IMG/VR virus record: IMGVR_UViG_3300020596_001154
Location: 848 to 64,847 of that record
Length of the DNA stretch: 64,000 bases
Strand: one strand, 5' to 3'
Source: a virus
Taxonomy: Duplodnaviria; Caudoviricetes
Part shown: piece after piece, positions 9,761 through 19,835 of the stretch
Layout of the letters: each line of letters starts with the position of its first letter
Numbering within the stretch: the first letter of the stretch is position 1
Position numbers and translations under genes: made by a program
Notes under the pieces: model-generated
Told to the model about the DNA's origin: nothing
What the model saw: only the letters and a program-made list of their open reading frames with translations
The model's database searches: none

Positions 9761-9975
9761 CGTCATCCGATTACGGGAAAGATACATACTCCCTTACACT
9801 AGATATGGGAGCTACGACTTTGGACAAGGCAGCTTTCGACATTTCTTACCACATGCACACTCCCATAAGTGATGTCTATAAAATGCCCGTAAAAAAGCGG
9901 ATGTTGTTCCAGGAATTTTTAAAAGAGCAAAAGACTTTTGAGAACCAGGAACTAAACAAAAGCCGTAAAAAATAG
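9736..9975 (+). CDS. gp51-like chaperone extension, likely reached by -1 frameshift
   Basis: -1 frame relative to upstream gene; T8 run at 9730-9737; YHMH..DVYKMPVKKR motif; precedes tape measure. Confidence 0.55.
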   Translation: MLNGGRRLTSSDYGKDTYSLTLDMGATTLDKAAFDISYHMHTPISDVYKMPVKKRMLFQEFLKEQKTFENQELNKSRKK

Positions 9976-9989
9976 CAGGTGTATCAAAA

Positions 9990-11696
9990 GTGGAAAATCT
10001 AGAGCTTGGTATAAATATTACTATTAATGGCAACGTAAACCAAGCTGCCAACCAAGCCGCTCGCGCACTGGGGAATGCCTCCAATGCTGTAGACAGGCTG
10101 AAAAGATCCTCTGAGGGATCTCTGGGTAGTTTATTAGCCATACAATCATCACTATTCGTCATAACTAAATTTGCAACTACTTTCGCCTCTTTGGGTTTTG
10201 GAATCGTAGGAGGGATAGTCGGTGCCTTCACTGCTGGTGTAAAATCTGCAGGAGAGTTTGAGAAATCTCTGGCCTTCTTAAGGGTTGCTACAGGAAAATC
10301 GTTCACTTTTGCAAAACAAGAAGTTAATCGCCTTGCTACATCTACGGACCTATCTACACAATCAATTGTTGATATGTCCAGAAGATTACTTGGAGTAGGT
10401 CTAACTGCCGACCAAGTTTTCAAAAAAGTAAAGGGCGCACAGAATTCAGGGATTGTAAATATTGCTGCGGCTATTTCCTCCCTATCCTCAATTGAACGTC
10501 CTAGAGCACTGGCCAGTATTGCGAACATATTTCAGGACTTAAGTTCTGTTAATAGACTATTAAATACAACTGTGCCACAATCCATTAAAGATGCATTTTC
10601 CTCCGCAGCGAATGATGCTGAAAAATTTAATATAGTACTAGGATTTTTAGATCAAAGATTTGGCGGCATCTTCGGTCCAGAGGGCCTAGGTGGAAGTTTC
10701 GTGTTTATTGCCACTAGAGCTTTCCAAAACTTACAGGATTTAATAAACAGAGCATTCTTACCTGCTCTAGAGAGTCTTACCCCTGTATTCCAGACTTTAG
10801 GAGCAGAGCTCACAAAGCTTAAAGACGACGAAAAATTTATTGCAGCTTTAAACAAAACATTTGTCAGTCTTGCAAAAATAGCCAGTTCCGTTTTAAAGAT
10901 CGTAGTACAAATCGGACTTGGCCTAGTAAAATTTATTGCAGCATTCCCAAATTTTACTACTGGAATTGTACTGACTACATTATTTGGGGGAGCACTTTTA
11001 GGTGTATTCGGCTTAATAATTTTCGGGGCGTCATCAGTAGCACTCCTCGGCCTATCTGTAGGAAAACTGACTACTGGACTGGCTGCTGCAAGCTCAGCAA
11101 CGGGCCTTTTCGCATTAAATTTAAAAATACTACAGGCAGCCACTAATCCAGCCAGTATTGCACTACTTGGACTTGCACTGGGCGGAATCTTAGGGCTTTT
11201 ACTATCAATAAATGAACTCCCCCACTTTATGGATAGATTTGGACAAGGGGCTAAAATGCTAGGGGTTACTCTAGGGACAATTATAAACTCTTTAATCCTC
11301 ATTGTTTCTTTAATTTCAGGAATTGTAGGGGCCGTAGCGGGATTTGCTCTGGGCGGTATCCCAGGAGCTATTGCAGGAGCTCTCGGCGGATTCGGCCTAA
11401 CATTTGCTGGATTAAGTGGCCTAACAGACTCTGGAGAACAACTTCAGAAGAATACCCTGCCTGTACAGCAAGAAACTTCTTCAATGACAAGAGTTTCTGG
11501 AGAAAGTTCAATGAACAGTAGTCTACTAGATTTAGTAGATTCTTTTCAAGAAATGCGCCAGGATCTTAATAAACTAGGCAACAGACCTATTGACATAAAT
11601 AATAACGTCATGCTTGATGGTAAGGTTGTCTCAAACACAGTTAACCAAATAAATAAGACAGAGACTGAACGACTCGGATTTATCCTACCGCCCTAA
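9990..11696 (+). CDS. Tape measure protein
   Basis: Ala/Gly/Leu-rich helical protein with hydrophobic segments, VMLDGKVV C-terminus, after chaperones. Confidence 0.8.
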   Translation: MENLELGINITINGNVNQAANQAARALGNASNAVDRLKRSSEGSLGSLLAIQSSLFVITKFATTFASLGFGIVGGIVGAFTAGVKSAGEFEKSLAFLRVATGKSFTFAKQEVNRLATSTDLSTQSIVDMSRRLLGVGLTADQVFKKVKGAQNSGIVNIAAAISSLSSIERPRALASIANIFQDLSSVNRLLNTTVPQSIKDAFSSAANDAEKFNIVLGFLDQRFGGIFGPEGLGGSFVFIATRAFQNLQDLINRAFLPALESLTPVFQTLGAELTKLKDDEKFIAALNKTFVSLAKIASSVLKIVVQIGLGLVKFIAAFPNFTTGIVLTTLFGGALLGVFGLIIFGASSVALLGLSVGKLTTGLAAASSATGLFALNLKILQAATNPASIALLGLALGGILGLLLSINELPHFMDRFGQGAKMLGVTLGTIINSLILIVSLISGIVGAVAGFALGGIPGAIAGALGGFGLTFAGLSGLTDSGEQLQKNTLPVQQETSSMTRVSGESSMNSSLLDLVDSFQEMRQDLNKLGNRPIDINNNVMLDGKVVSNTVNQINKTETERLGFILPP

Positions 11697-11704
11697 GAGG
11701 TAAT

Positions 11705-12370
11705 ATGGCATACGATTTTACAAAATATCCTGCAAACAAAGTGACGATTCAACAAGTACCCTTGTCAGATATAACTCAAAAAGACCCGAGTGCTTTATCA
11801 ATTGTTTGCTCTATTAACCCAGAGTCTATCAGTGAGTCAGTTGCGTTGAACATAGATAAAGTTCAACTGATAAACAACAACTTGCCAAGATCTATTGTAT
11901 CTGGAACAAAGGGCCGGACTGTGACTTTTACTCTACTGCTTCATGGGATGGCAAAGCCAGGTACAGCAGGGTTAAACTTTTCTGGTGGAAACTCAAGCAC
12001 TTTCATATCTGCTGCAACATCTTTGGTGCCGTTTTCAGCCAATATAATAAGAGGCATACAGACTATCCAGGATGTAATAGGTAGTATATCGAGTAAACCA
12101 GAGTACCCAACTCCACAGCAAAGTACAAACTACCTAAACGTAGACAAACAAATTTCAGACCTGTTTAAAATGCAAGTTCCTAAAGATGGAAATACTACAC
12201 ATTCACCAGTTAAGTTACTTGGATACCCTGTGTATGAAGGGATGAATTTTTACATAGAAAATATACAAGTAAACAAAAAATTCTGGGACCAACAACTCAG
12301 AACAATGTTTGCCGAAGTTCAAATTACCTTATTTCAAGTAGGCAAGAACAATCAATTCGGGAGATTTTAA
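11705..12370 (+). CDS. Baseplate tube-like/initiator protein (CIS tube, Afp7 N-like)
   Basis: INPESISES..RTVTFTLLL..YIENIQV..AEVQITL. Confidence 0.55.
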   Translation: MAYDFTKYPANKVTIQQVPLSDITQKDPSALSIVCSINPESISESVALNIDKVQLINNNLPRSIVSGTKGRTVTFTLLLHGMAKPGTAGLNFSGGNSSTFISAATSLVPFSANIIRGIQTIQDVIGSISSKPEYPTPQQSTNYLNVDKQISDLFKMQVPKDGNTTHSPVKLLGYPVYEGMNFYIENIQVNKKFWDQQLRTMFAEVQITLFQVGKNNQFGRF

Positions 12371-12699
12371 TGGCACTTATATTTGAAGGCAGTCGGTATC
12401 AGTATAAACCGCTTGAACAAGACGGCCCTGTCGTGCGAATCCCTTATTTCAAGGTAATTCAAAAAACGGACTATCCTGATAATATAACTATCAGACTAAA
12501 AGACTCTGATCGATTAGATACCTTGAGCTTCAACCTTTATGGCACCTCACACTATGATTGGGTTATAGCAGAATTCAACAATTTAAAACTGCCGTTTGAA
12601 GAATTAAAAAGCTTAGATACTATAATCGTCCCTTCCCCACAAACACTATTTAACTCAATACTGCCATCGCTTAAGAATGATTTTGAGTCACTAAGATAA
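12370..12699 (+). CDS. Baseplate wedge LysM/gp53-like protein
   Basis: SRY..DRLDTLSFNLYG..DWVIAEFN..IIVPS. Confidence 0.7.
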   Translation: MALIFEGSRYQYKPLEQDGPVVRIPYFKVIQKTDYPDNITIRLKDSDRLDTLSFNLYGTSHYDWVIAEFNNLKLPFEELKSLDTIIVPSPQTLFNSILPSLKNDFESLR

Positions 12700-14216
12700 T
12701 GAGACCATATTTAGAATTATTAATTGGAAAAAATGCGAGTACTAATTCTAAAAATATTAGAAAGTCACATATCTTTGGGGGCTCTGGTGGATCAATCTTA
12801 GATACCCGTCTGGTAAATTTTCGTTTCGAAGAAAGCGATGGAGATGATATCGACAAAAATCGTAAGGGTAGAAAAGATATAGTATCCTTTACCTTCATCG
12901 ATCAAGTCCCCGAGCTTCAAGGCTTTTTAAGTGATAGCAAGGAAATTGAAGTGGATGACCTCTTGTATATAAGGTATGGATGGATCATTGGCGACAAGGG
13001 CCAAAAAGTCCAACCAGACTTAGTGGAAAGAGAATTCAGAATTGTTAAGATAGAGCCCAAGTTTAATTCATCAATGAGTACCTTGACTGTTACAGCGTAT
13101 GATCGGTCTGCTGATTTAGACAGATTCATAACATCCATACTGTTAGACACTAAACTATCTGATGGAAGAGGAGCTGGTGCTGCTGAGAAAACACCTTTTA
13201 AAGCCGCACTCATGGAAATTGCCCGCATTGGGGGCCTTGAGTTAGATGAATCGGGAAGAGTTATTTTCGAAGACGCGCAAGGTAATACAATTGTTGAACT
13301 AGGCGGAAACTTAGCTATTCCCAGAGAGTCTTTAGCCTCATACCTCAAATATCTTGCCGAAGAAACGGGCAGTGTTTTTTATGTCGAAAACCGACGCTTA
13401 TTTTTCGGAGCTCGGAAGATGCCTTCAAGAGATAAAATTGCCGCTACAATATTAAGAGGTTCTGATAAAACCGTATTTGATGTAAAGTCTAAGGAAGATT
13501 TAAGAGTGGTCCCGTTGTTAGATATGTCGATTCAGAGAAAACTTGCAGTAGAAGGTGTTGCCTATAAGGTCCCTACACAAGATAAAAGAACGGGAGTCGT
13601 AGATGTCAGCCAAGTTTTAGCTAGTGAGTTGAGCCAGATTTTACTTATATCACTAGATATCGATTCAGGACAGCCGACTGTCCCTTTTAGACCGGCTCCT
13701 CTGTCCACAGAATACTCAAAACAATTGAACATACCAATTGGAAAAGCAGAGGAAGTTTTAAATGATGCTATCATAAGTGAACGAGTTGAGACTTTCTTTA
13801 GCAAACCCTCATTTTTCACACAGCAAGAAGTATCTACAATTCTACAACAGCCTTCACCTTCAGCAATGGAAAAAGCAGGCCAGGCTATCTTGAGACAAAA
13901 ACTTACTGATTTGACGCTGAAAGAGACCACTGCAACTGTAAAGATTTTCGGTAACCCATTGATACGACATGGTAATTTAGTTAACATAGCCGGTAATATG
14001 CCCAAAAACTACAGTGGCACTTGGTATGTACAGTCAGTGGAACACGATATTACCCCGAATAATTACTTTACTACGTTAAAATTAATGGCTGCGTCACCAG
14101 AAAACCCATTCTTTAGATCAGACATTAAGAAATTTCAACAGAAAATTAACAAGACACAACAGAAAAAGCCTAATAAACTAGGCCGTATAATACCTGATGT
14201 GGCGAAAGGCCGGTAA
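12699..14216 (+). CDS. Baseplate hub (gp27/late control D-like)
   Basis: GNPLIRHG..YSGTWYVQSVEHDI..YFTTL C-terminal motif. Confidence 0.75.
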   Translation: MRPYLELLIGKNASTNSKNIRKSHIFGGSGGSILDTRLVNFRFEESDGDDIDKNRKGRKDIVSFTFIDQVPELQGFLSDSKEIEVDDLLYIRYGWIIGDKGQKVQPDLVEREFRIVKIEPKFNSSMSTLTVTAYDRSADLDRFITSILLDTKLSDGRGAGAAEKTPFKAALMEIARIGGLELDESGRVIFEDAQGNTIVELGGNLAIPRESLASYLKYLAEETGSVFYVENRRLFFGARKMPSRDKIAATILRGSDKTVFDVKSKEDLRVVPLLDMSIQRKLAVEGVAYKVPTQDKRTGVVDVSQVLASELSQILLISLDIDSGQPTVPFRPAPLSTEYSKQLNIPIGKAEEVLNDAIISERVETFFSKPSFFTQQEVSTILQQPSPSAMEKAGQAILRQKLTDLTLKETTATVKIFGNPLIRHGNLVNIAGNMPKNYSGTWYVQSVEHDITPNNYFTTLKLMAASPENPFFRSDIKKFQQKINKTQQKKPNKLGRIIPDVAKGR

Positions 14217-14218
14217 CC

Positions 14219-15367
14219 ATGGCTGGGATAAGACAAGAAGGCAGAAGATATTTATTCGGGCTCTACAAGGGACTAGTGGCTGTTAATACAGACCCAGAGT
14301 CCAGAGGCAGAATTAAAGTAAAGATTCCAACTATTTGGAACCAACAAGTACACCCTACTTGGGCAGAACCTTCCTTTCCTAGTAACGAAGTATTTACTGT
14401 ACCAACAGTAGGGTCTCAAGTATGGATTGCATTTGAGGAAGGAGATCCCAATTCTCCTATCTATATAGGATCGTTCTTGAAGTCTTCTGAGCCCCATGTG
14501 TCCGCTAAGAATGCCTCCCCTCTAAATAGAAGCATTAAAACTGCCAATAATTTAGAAGTAAGCCTCGATGATTCCATCAATGAAATACACATTCAAATCA
14601 AGGGAACTAATACCACTGCCAATGTTCTAGTACCAGGCCCTGCTACACTAGATGCTAAAGGCGAAGCATTTATGAAACTAGAAGAGGGTGGTTTGAAGCT
14701 AAATGCATACCAGCTCACTGTAGGGGTTCACCCGAAAACCGGAGCCACTATTAAGGATGTATGGACAATTGGATATGGCCACACCGGGCCAGATGTATAC
14801 GAAGGACAGGTTATTGACGAAACCCAAGCAGATGATTTGTTTGCTGTAGATAAGACAGACTTCGAGACATCTCTATCAGCTCTGGTGAAAGTACCGTTAA
14901 ACCAGAACCAGTTCAATGCTCTAATGTCTCTGGTATATAATATCGGAATTCCAAACTTTGCGGAAAGTAACCAACTTAAGTTACTTAATGCGGGTAAGTA
15001 TACCCAGTCTGCCGCTGAATTCGCTAGCTGGAGGCTAGCACGCGGGGTAGTTTCAAGGGGGTTAGTGGCTCGGAGAGCCCGAGAACTGGCTCTTTGGAAC
15101 AGCCCAAGTGCCGCCTCAGAGTCCTCAGACCCCCCCATTAAGATAATCTTACGTAAGGATGGCAACAAAATCATCCTAGATGCAGAAGCCATAGAACTAG
15201 GTGAAGGCGCAACAGAGCCAATCGTTTTAGGGGATAGCTTCAAGAGCCTTTTTAATTCCCATGTTCATAATTATATTCCAGGAAGTCCGGGCCCTACAAC
15301 CACTACATCACCTCCGACATCATCCATGGGGTCAGGGCAATTGAGCGATATCAGCAAAGTAAAGTAG
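14219..15367 (+). CDS. Baseplate spike (gp5/gpV OB fold) with internal GH24 lysozyme domain
   Basis: DPESRGRIKVKIP..VPTVGSQVWIAFEEGDPNSPIYIGS; EEG..WTIGYGHT..NQNQFNALMSLVYNIG..GLVARRARE; HVH tip. Confidence 0.9.
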   Translation: MAGIRQEGRRYLFGLYKGLVAVNTDPESRGRIKVKIPTIWNQQVHPTWAEPSFPSNEVFTVPTVGSQVWIAFEEGDPNSPIYIGSFLKSSEPHVSAKNASPLNRSIKTANNLEVSLDDSINEIHIQIKGTNTTANVLVPGPATLDAKGEAFMKLEEGGLKLNAYQLTVGVHPKTGATIKDVWTIGYGHTGPDVYEGQVIDETQADDLFAVDKTDFETSLSALVKVPLNQNQFNALMSLVYNIGIPNFAESNQLKLLNAGKYTQSAAEFASWRLARGVVSRGLVARRARELALWNSPSAASESSDPPIKIILRKDGNKIILDAEAIELGEGATEPIVLGDSFKSLFNSHVHNYIPGSPGPTTTTSPPTSSMGSGQLSDISKVK

Positions 15368-15374
15368 TAATATA

Positions 15375-15383
15375 TGGTAGAAT
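15375..15383 (+). promoter_or_regulatory. Extended -10 promoter (TGGTAGAAT)
   Basis: Same motif as 874 and 19780; would imply gp25 start at ATG 15394. Confidence 0.35.
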
Positions 15384-15789
15384 GGAGAGTATAATGTCAA
15401 TAAGCAAAGCTTTTTTAGGGAGAGGTCTCAAATACCCGCTAAGTGTTGGAAAAGACGGCGATTTCTCTAAAAACAGAGACAATACTGACCAGGTCAGAGA
15501 CTCTATAATCTTCTTGCTACATACTAGGATCGGCGAAAGAGTCCATAGCCCACTTATTGGGTCTAGATTGATGGACTTTAAACATGAATCTAATAGCCCC
15601 CAGCTAAGGTCATTACTAGCCCAAGAGATCCTCAGGACTGTGGAAACTGGGGAACCGAGAATTTCAGACCTACAAGTAAACGTGGAATCGTCACCAAATA
15701 ATGAACGAGTTGTTTTTATTAAAATCAGCTTTACTGTAATACCGGAAAACGTAGAACAAAATCTTGTTTTCCCATTTTACCTGGATTAA
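15382..15789 (+). CDS. Baseplate wedge gp25/GPW protein
   Basis: FLGRGLKYP..LLHTRIGERVHSP.IGS..EPRI..NLVFPFYL. Confidence 0.9.
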   Translation: MESIMSISKAFLGRGLKYPLSVGKDGDFSKNRDNTDQVRDSIIFLLHTRIGERVHSPLIGSRLMDFKHESNSPQLRSLLAQEILRTVETGEPRISDLQVNVESSPNNERVVFIKISFTVIPENVEQNLVFPFYLD

Positions 15790-15791
15790 TT

Positions 15792-18485
15792 ATGTCAAAT
15801 TTAATATTAAATTCTGAAGTAAACTTAAGCACTCGTGATTTCCAAGGGCTAAGACAAGCGTTTTTCGAGTATAGTCAAGCTAACTTCTCGGACATTTGGA
15901 GTGACTATAACGAAGGTTCTTTCGCTGCTGCAATCGCAGAAATTGTAGCGTATCTTGGAGATAACTTACACTTTTATATTGACAGACAAACACAAGATAA
16001 TTTTCTGTCTACTACAAAAGATCGCCAAGCTGCCATTGAATTAGCGGCACTGATTAATTATTTTCCTGGAAATCCTAGCCCAGCCACAGGAGAAATAACA
16101 TTATCTCTAGATGTGGGCACGTTTGATTATGGAACTCCACTACTCAAAGGATTTCAAGTAAGTAACGGCAACGGAATTATTTTTGAAACTAACGACTCTG
16201 AGAGCATTTTATTTAATACAGCGAATATTACGCTCGATGTAACAGAAGGTGAAACAATTGCAGAAACTACTTCTGGAATTGGCCCTCTAGCTATAGGCAG
16301 CGGCTCGCCTTTCCAATCATACACACTGAGTAGAAAGAATGTAATTTTATCTAGGACTATAGCCGAGATTAATGACAATAGTGAATTAGTTGTTACAGTT
16401 GACGGTGACTTATATGACGTTACCGCAACACTATCTACAGCCCAATCTACAGACAAAGTTTATACGAGTAGGACCAGCGATTCTGATGAGACCGTCATTA
16501 CATTTGGAAATGGCGAGTTTGGAGTAATACCAGGAGATGGATCAGTGATCCACGCTACCTATAGAGTACTTGCTGATGAAGATCAGAGAGCTCTACAAAA
16601 TAATGGCAACTTAAATATTGACACAGTAATACAACTAATCAGTTCTAGAACTGGAGTACTGGCTGTATCTAATGATTCCCAAATGACTGGAGGTGGCCCT
16701 AGAGAGTCTCTAGAAGAAATAAAGATTAATGCTCCAGCCAGCCTATCCGCTCTAAATAGAGCCGTGTCTTTGATGGACCACTCTATTCTAGCTAAGACTG
16801 TTACAGGAGTAGCAAAGGCTCTGGCAAGAGCCGGTGAAGGTAACTTTGATGTAGTAATACATGTTGCCCCAGACGGTGGCGGATTCCCAAGCACCACGCT
16901 CAAGAATTCCGTAGTTGCTTTCTTTGACGATAAAAAAATGGCAAAGACAACTATTTTTGCTAAAGACCCAATATACCAGCCAGTTCAAATCTCCCTGAAA
17001 GTTTTTGTTGAAGATACATCCAAACAGTCTGAAGTTGTCATAGCTATTACATCGGCCGTAAACGATTTATTTGACTTTGATAATATGGAATTTGGCCGCC
17101 CAGTTTTATTAAAATCAACTGGGTTTGACAGCGACTTATTCGACTTCAATGAATATCTAGAGAGTGTTGCAGGAATAAGTAAAGTTAAGATAAACAAATT
17201 TACTCTAAAGCCAGCTATGTATGAATTACTTGATTCAAATGCCGGTACCGCACACCTGAGTTCCAGAGGGACTGTCATCAGAAATCCAGCCAGGAACTAT
17301 GAGTATAAGATTTTCATGCACACAGATACTGACTATATTTTACAAAAAGGTATTATCGGAAACTCTGCTACATTAAATGACACAACTATTACCGACCCAA
17401 ACCTAGATCTAACATTAGAGTCTGGCACAAGTACAGATGCAGGGTCAACTTTCTTACAAGACTCTAATCAATATTTCCAGCCTAACGTATTTGCTGGACA
17501 GACTCTTATTGATTCTGCAGGAACGTTCTTCCTCATTGCGTCTAACACACAAGACACAATTACTGTAACCGCTGGAACTCCAGCTGACGGTGCTTATGAA
17601 GTAGTAGAGAGATTAGTCGGCTATAAATTAAATCCAAATACATTAAGAAGCGATGTCTTTAATATTGTAGCCAATACTGGAAGCTCGGTCTCAGTAGCAA
17701 GTGGACTAGGCGCAGTGACTTCTGCGGGAGATGAGTATAGAATCTACCGACCTGAAACAAATCAGTTTGGCACTAACCCACTGGCTAACACAGCACCAGC
17801 AACTACGGGTACGATTACTTCCTATACCTACGGAAGTGGAACACTCAATAGTGTGACCGATTCAGCTCTAGCTGGCGTATACGCTGATGATGCGTTTAAT
17901 GGATACCAATATATCTTAACTGATGGAAATGGACAGTACGAAGTGACTACCGTTCTAGACTACACTGGAGTATCGGGTATATTTACTCTTGGTGGACCTA
18001 GCTCTATCACTACAGAACCTTCAGCTTCAGACGCTTATATATGTTCTCCAAAGTATATAATGGGATCTGATTCTGCGGTGAACACATCTTTATTCCCCGC
18101 AACAAGTACGGAGTTTGAGTCGTCTCTACTCATTGGAAAGGGAGATGATTACTACAATGGATCTGTCGTTAAATTCCTGACGGGAAGTAATGAAGGCATT
18201 GTCAGAAGAGTAAATGATTACGTCTCGGCCACAGGACACTTTACCGTGGATGGACTTCCAAATGCTCCATCACATGATGATGAGTTTGAAGTATCTTTTA
18301 ACTATGAAGATGACGCTGAGACGATTGTGTTTTCTACCGTAATAGATTCTAACGGCGAAAATGGAGATGAGTTCCATTTTAATGTATCTGAATTAGTTGG
18401 AGACCTTATTCCTTCAGATATTCAGATTCTGCAGATCGACACAGACACAGATCTAGTGATTAATGCTATCGGGGGAACTTCTTAA
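15792..18485 (+). CDS. Baseplate wedge gp6/J-like protein with C-terminal repeats
   Basis: RDFQGLR..WSDYNE..AYLGDNLHFYID; FGNGEFGVIP; GG..RESLEEIKINAP..NRAVSLMD. Confidence 0.9.
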   Translation: MSNLILNSEVNLSTRDFQGLRQAFFEYSQANFSDIWSDYNEGSFAAAIAEIVAYLGDNLHFYIDRQTQDNFLSTTKDRQAAIELAALINYFPGNPSPATGEITLSLDVGTFDYGTPLLKGFQVSNGNGIIFETNDSESILFNTANITLDVTEGETIAETTSGIGPLAIGSGSPFQSYTLSRKNVILSRTIAEINDNSELVVTVDGDLYDVTATLSTAQSTDKVYTSRTSDSDETVITFGNGEFGVIPGDGSVIHATYRVLADEDQRALQNNGNLNIDTVIQLISSRTGVLAVSNDSQMTGGGPRESLEEIKINAPASLSALNRAVSLMDHSILAKTVTGVAKALARAGEGNFDVVIHVAPDGGGFPSTTLKNSVVAFFDDKKMAKTTIFAKDPIYQPVQISLKVFVEDTSKQSEVVIAITSAVNDLFDFDNMEFGRPVLLKSTGFDSDLFDFNEYLESVAGISKVKINKFTLKPAMYELLDSNAGTAHLSSRGTVIRNPARNYEYKIFMHTDTDYILQKGIIGNSATLNDTTITDPNLDLTLESGTSTDAGSTFLQDSNQYFQPNVFAGQTLIDSAGTFFLIASNTQDTITVTAGTPADGAYEVVERLVGYKLNPNTLRSDVFNIVANTGSSVSVASGLGAVTSAGDEYRIYRPETNQFGTNPLANTAPATTGTITSYTYGSGTLNSVTDSALAGVYADDAFNGYQYILTDGNGQYEVTTVLDYTGVSGIFTLGGPSSITTEPSASDAYICSPKYIMGSDSAVNTSLFPATSTEFESSLLIGKGDDYYNGSVVKFLTGSNEGIVRRVNDYVSATGHFTVDGLPNAPSHDDEFEVSFNYEDDAETIVFSTVIDSNGENGDEFHFNVSELVGDLIPSDIQILQIDTDTDLVINAIGGTS

Positions 18486-19771
18486 TGAGCCTAATAATTA
18501 CAAGAATTCCTGAGAATCTAGATCCATATTTCACACAAATAGAGACGATCTGGACTGAAATTGAAGCTGCTGTAAATGATAGCGATGCACGTCTTCTATT
18601 CTTAGAAAACAACCCACCTCGCCACATTAAAGTAACTTTCATTGACCCAGTATCAACATCACTACCCTCAGGACCATCTATCACTATTGACGATGTAGTA
18701 GCCTCAAACGGGGATCTAATCTTGTTCACTAACCTAAATAGTGGAAATAACAGGGTTTATCTACTCTCTGGTATTGGAGTTAACGCAGCCTGGAGTGCAC
18801 AAGACTTCTTTGGCCCTAGCTCTACATTAGACGAAGACCCAACAGACGGAGATATGGTCACAGCTACAAAAGGAGCCTTCTTTGCCAATCAGACAGCACA
18901 GTTTGATGGTACTCAGTGGAAGGTTAATAATGTTGTTAGACTATTTAACGGCTCTAGCTTCTGGGAACTTGGTTCTATCCAAGCTCTTGATATCATTAAT
19001 AATTTTGTCGGAGAGATCTTCTCTGTACCCTATGCTGGCAGTGAGCACATGATTATAAACTTCTCTATTACTAGAGGAGCTACACATGAAACAGGTCAAA
19101 TATTCATGTCTACGGATGGAACACTTGTAGATGTATCCGTAGCTAGTACATCCCCAGGAGCCTCTGGTATAGAGTTCCAAGGCAGTATATCTGGGTCTGA
19201 TCTAGTCCTAGAGTACCTATCAGACAATTTAGGTCCAAACGGGAAGCTCAAGTACTATACACAACGCTGGTCGGATACTATAGGTGGCCCTGCGGGCATT
19301 CCTAGTTATTCTGGAACTGGCGGAAATCTGCTTGCAGCAGCTGGAAATAATAGAGAAATCCAATATAATGATGATGGTGACTTTGCAGCAGACTCAAGGT
19401 TTCAGTGGAATGCAGCAGTAGGGGCTATTAATCTAAATGGCATGGAAATTCAAGTACTTAGCCCAGAAACACCACTTTTAGACAATCAAACATCTGCAGC
19501 GACCTTTCATTCGTATGACTCGTCTGACTATAAACATGTGTTTATGGACTACTCTTTAGAGAGAGATGGCGAGACTCAAGCTGGAACTCTGGTGGTTACT
19601 AACAACCAGATAGCCGCATCTGTTACAAATGACTTCAGTTCTACAGATAGTTTGGGTATAAATTTCTTTGCTGTAATAAACGGCAGTGATGTAAATCTAC
19701 GATATACATCTACAAGTACTGGATTTAGCTCAATCTTGAGATTTGCAACCCGTAGATGGACCAATTCTTAA
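18485..19771 (+). CDS. Virion structural protein (fibre/baseplate-associated)
   Basis: GDLILFT..NNRVY motif; two copies of a beta-sandwich ending INGSDV.L.Y, shared with the end of 19836-21959. Confidence 0.6.
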   Translation: MSLIITRIPENLDPYFTQIETIWTEIEAAVNDSDARLLFLENNPPRHIKVTFIDPVSTSLPSGPSITIDDVVASNGDLILFTNLNSGNNRVYLLSGIGVNAAWSAQDFFGPSSTLDEDPTDGDMVTATKGAFFANQTAQFDGTQWKVNNVVRLFNGSSFWELGSIQALDIINNFVGEIFSVPYAGSEHMIINFSITRGATHETGQIFMSTDGTLVDVSVASTSPGASGIEFQGSISGSDLVLEYLSDNLGPNGKLKYYTQRWSDTIGGPAGIPSYSGTGGNLLAAAGNNREIQYNDDGDFAADSRFQWNAAVGAINLNGMEIQVLSPETPLLDNQTSAATFHSYDSSDYKHVFMDYSLERDGETQAGTLVVTNNQIAASVTNDFSSTDSLGINFFAVINGSDVNLRYTSTSTGFSSILRFATRRWTNS

Positions 19772-19779
19772 GCTATTCA

Positions 19780-19788
19780 TGGTATCAT
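19780..19788 (+). promoter_or_regulatory. Extended -10 promoter (TGGTATCAT)
   Basis: Intergenic, upstream of fibre gene; recurrent motif. Confidence 0.4.
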
Positions 19789-19835
19789 AAATAGGTACTT
19801 TACACAATCATATAATCACATAGGGGAAAAATCTC

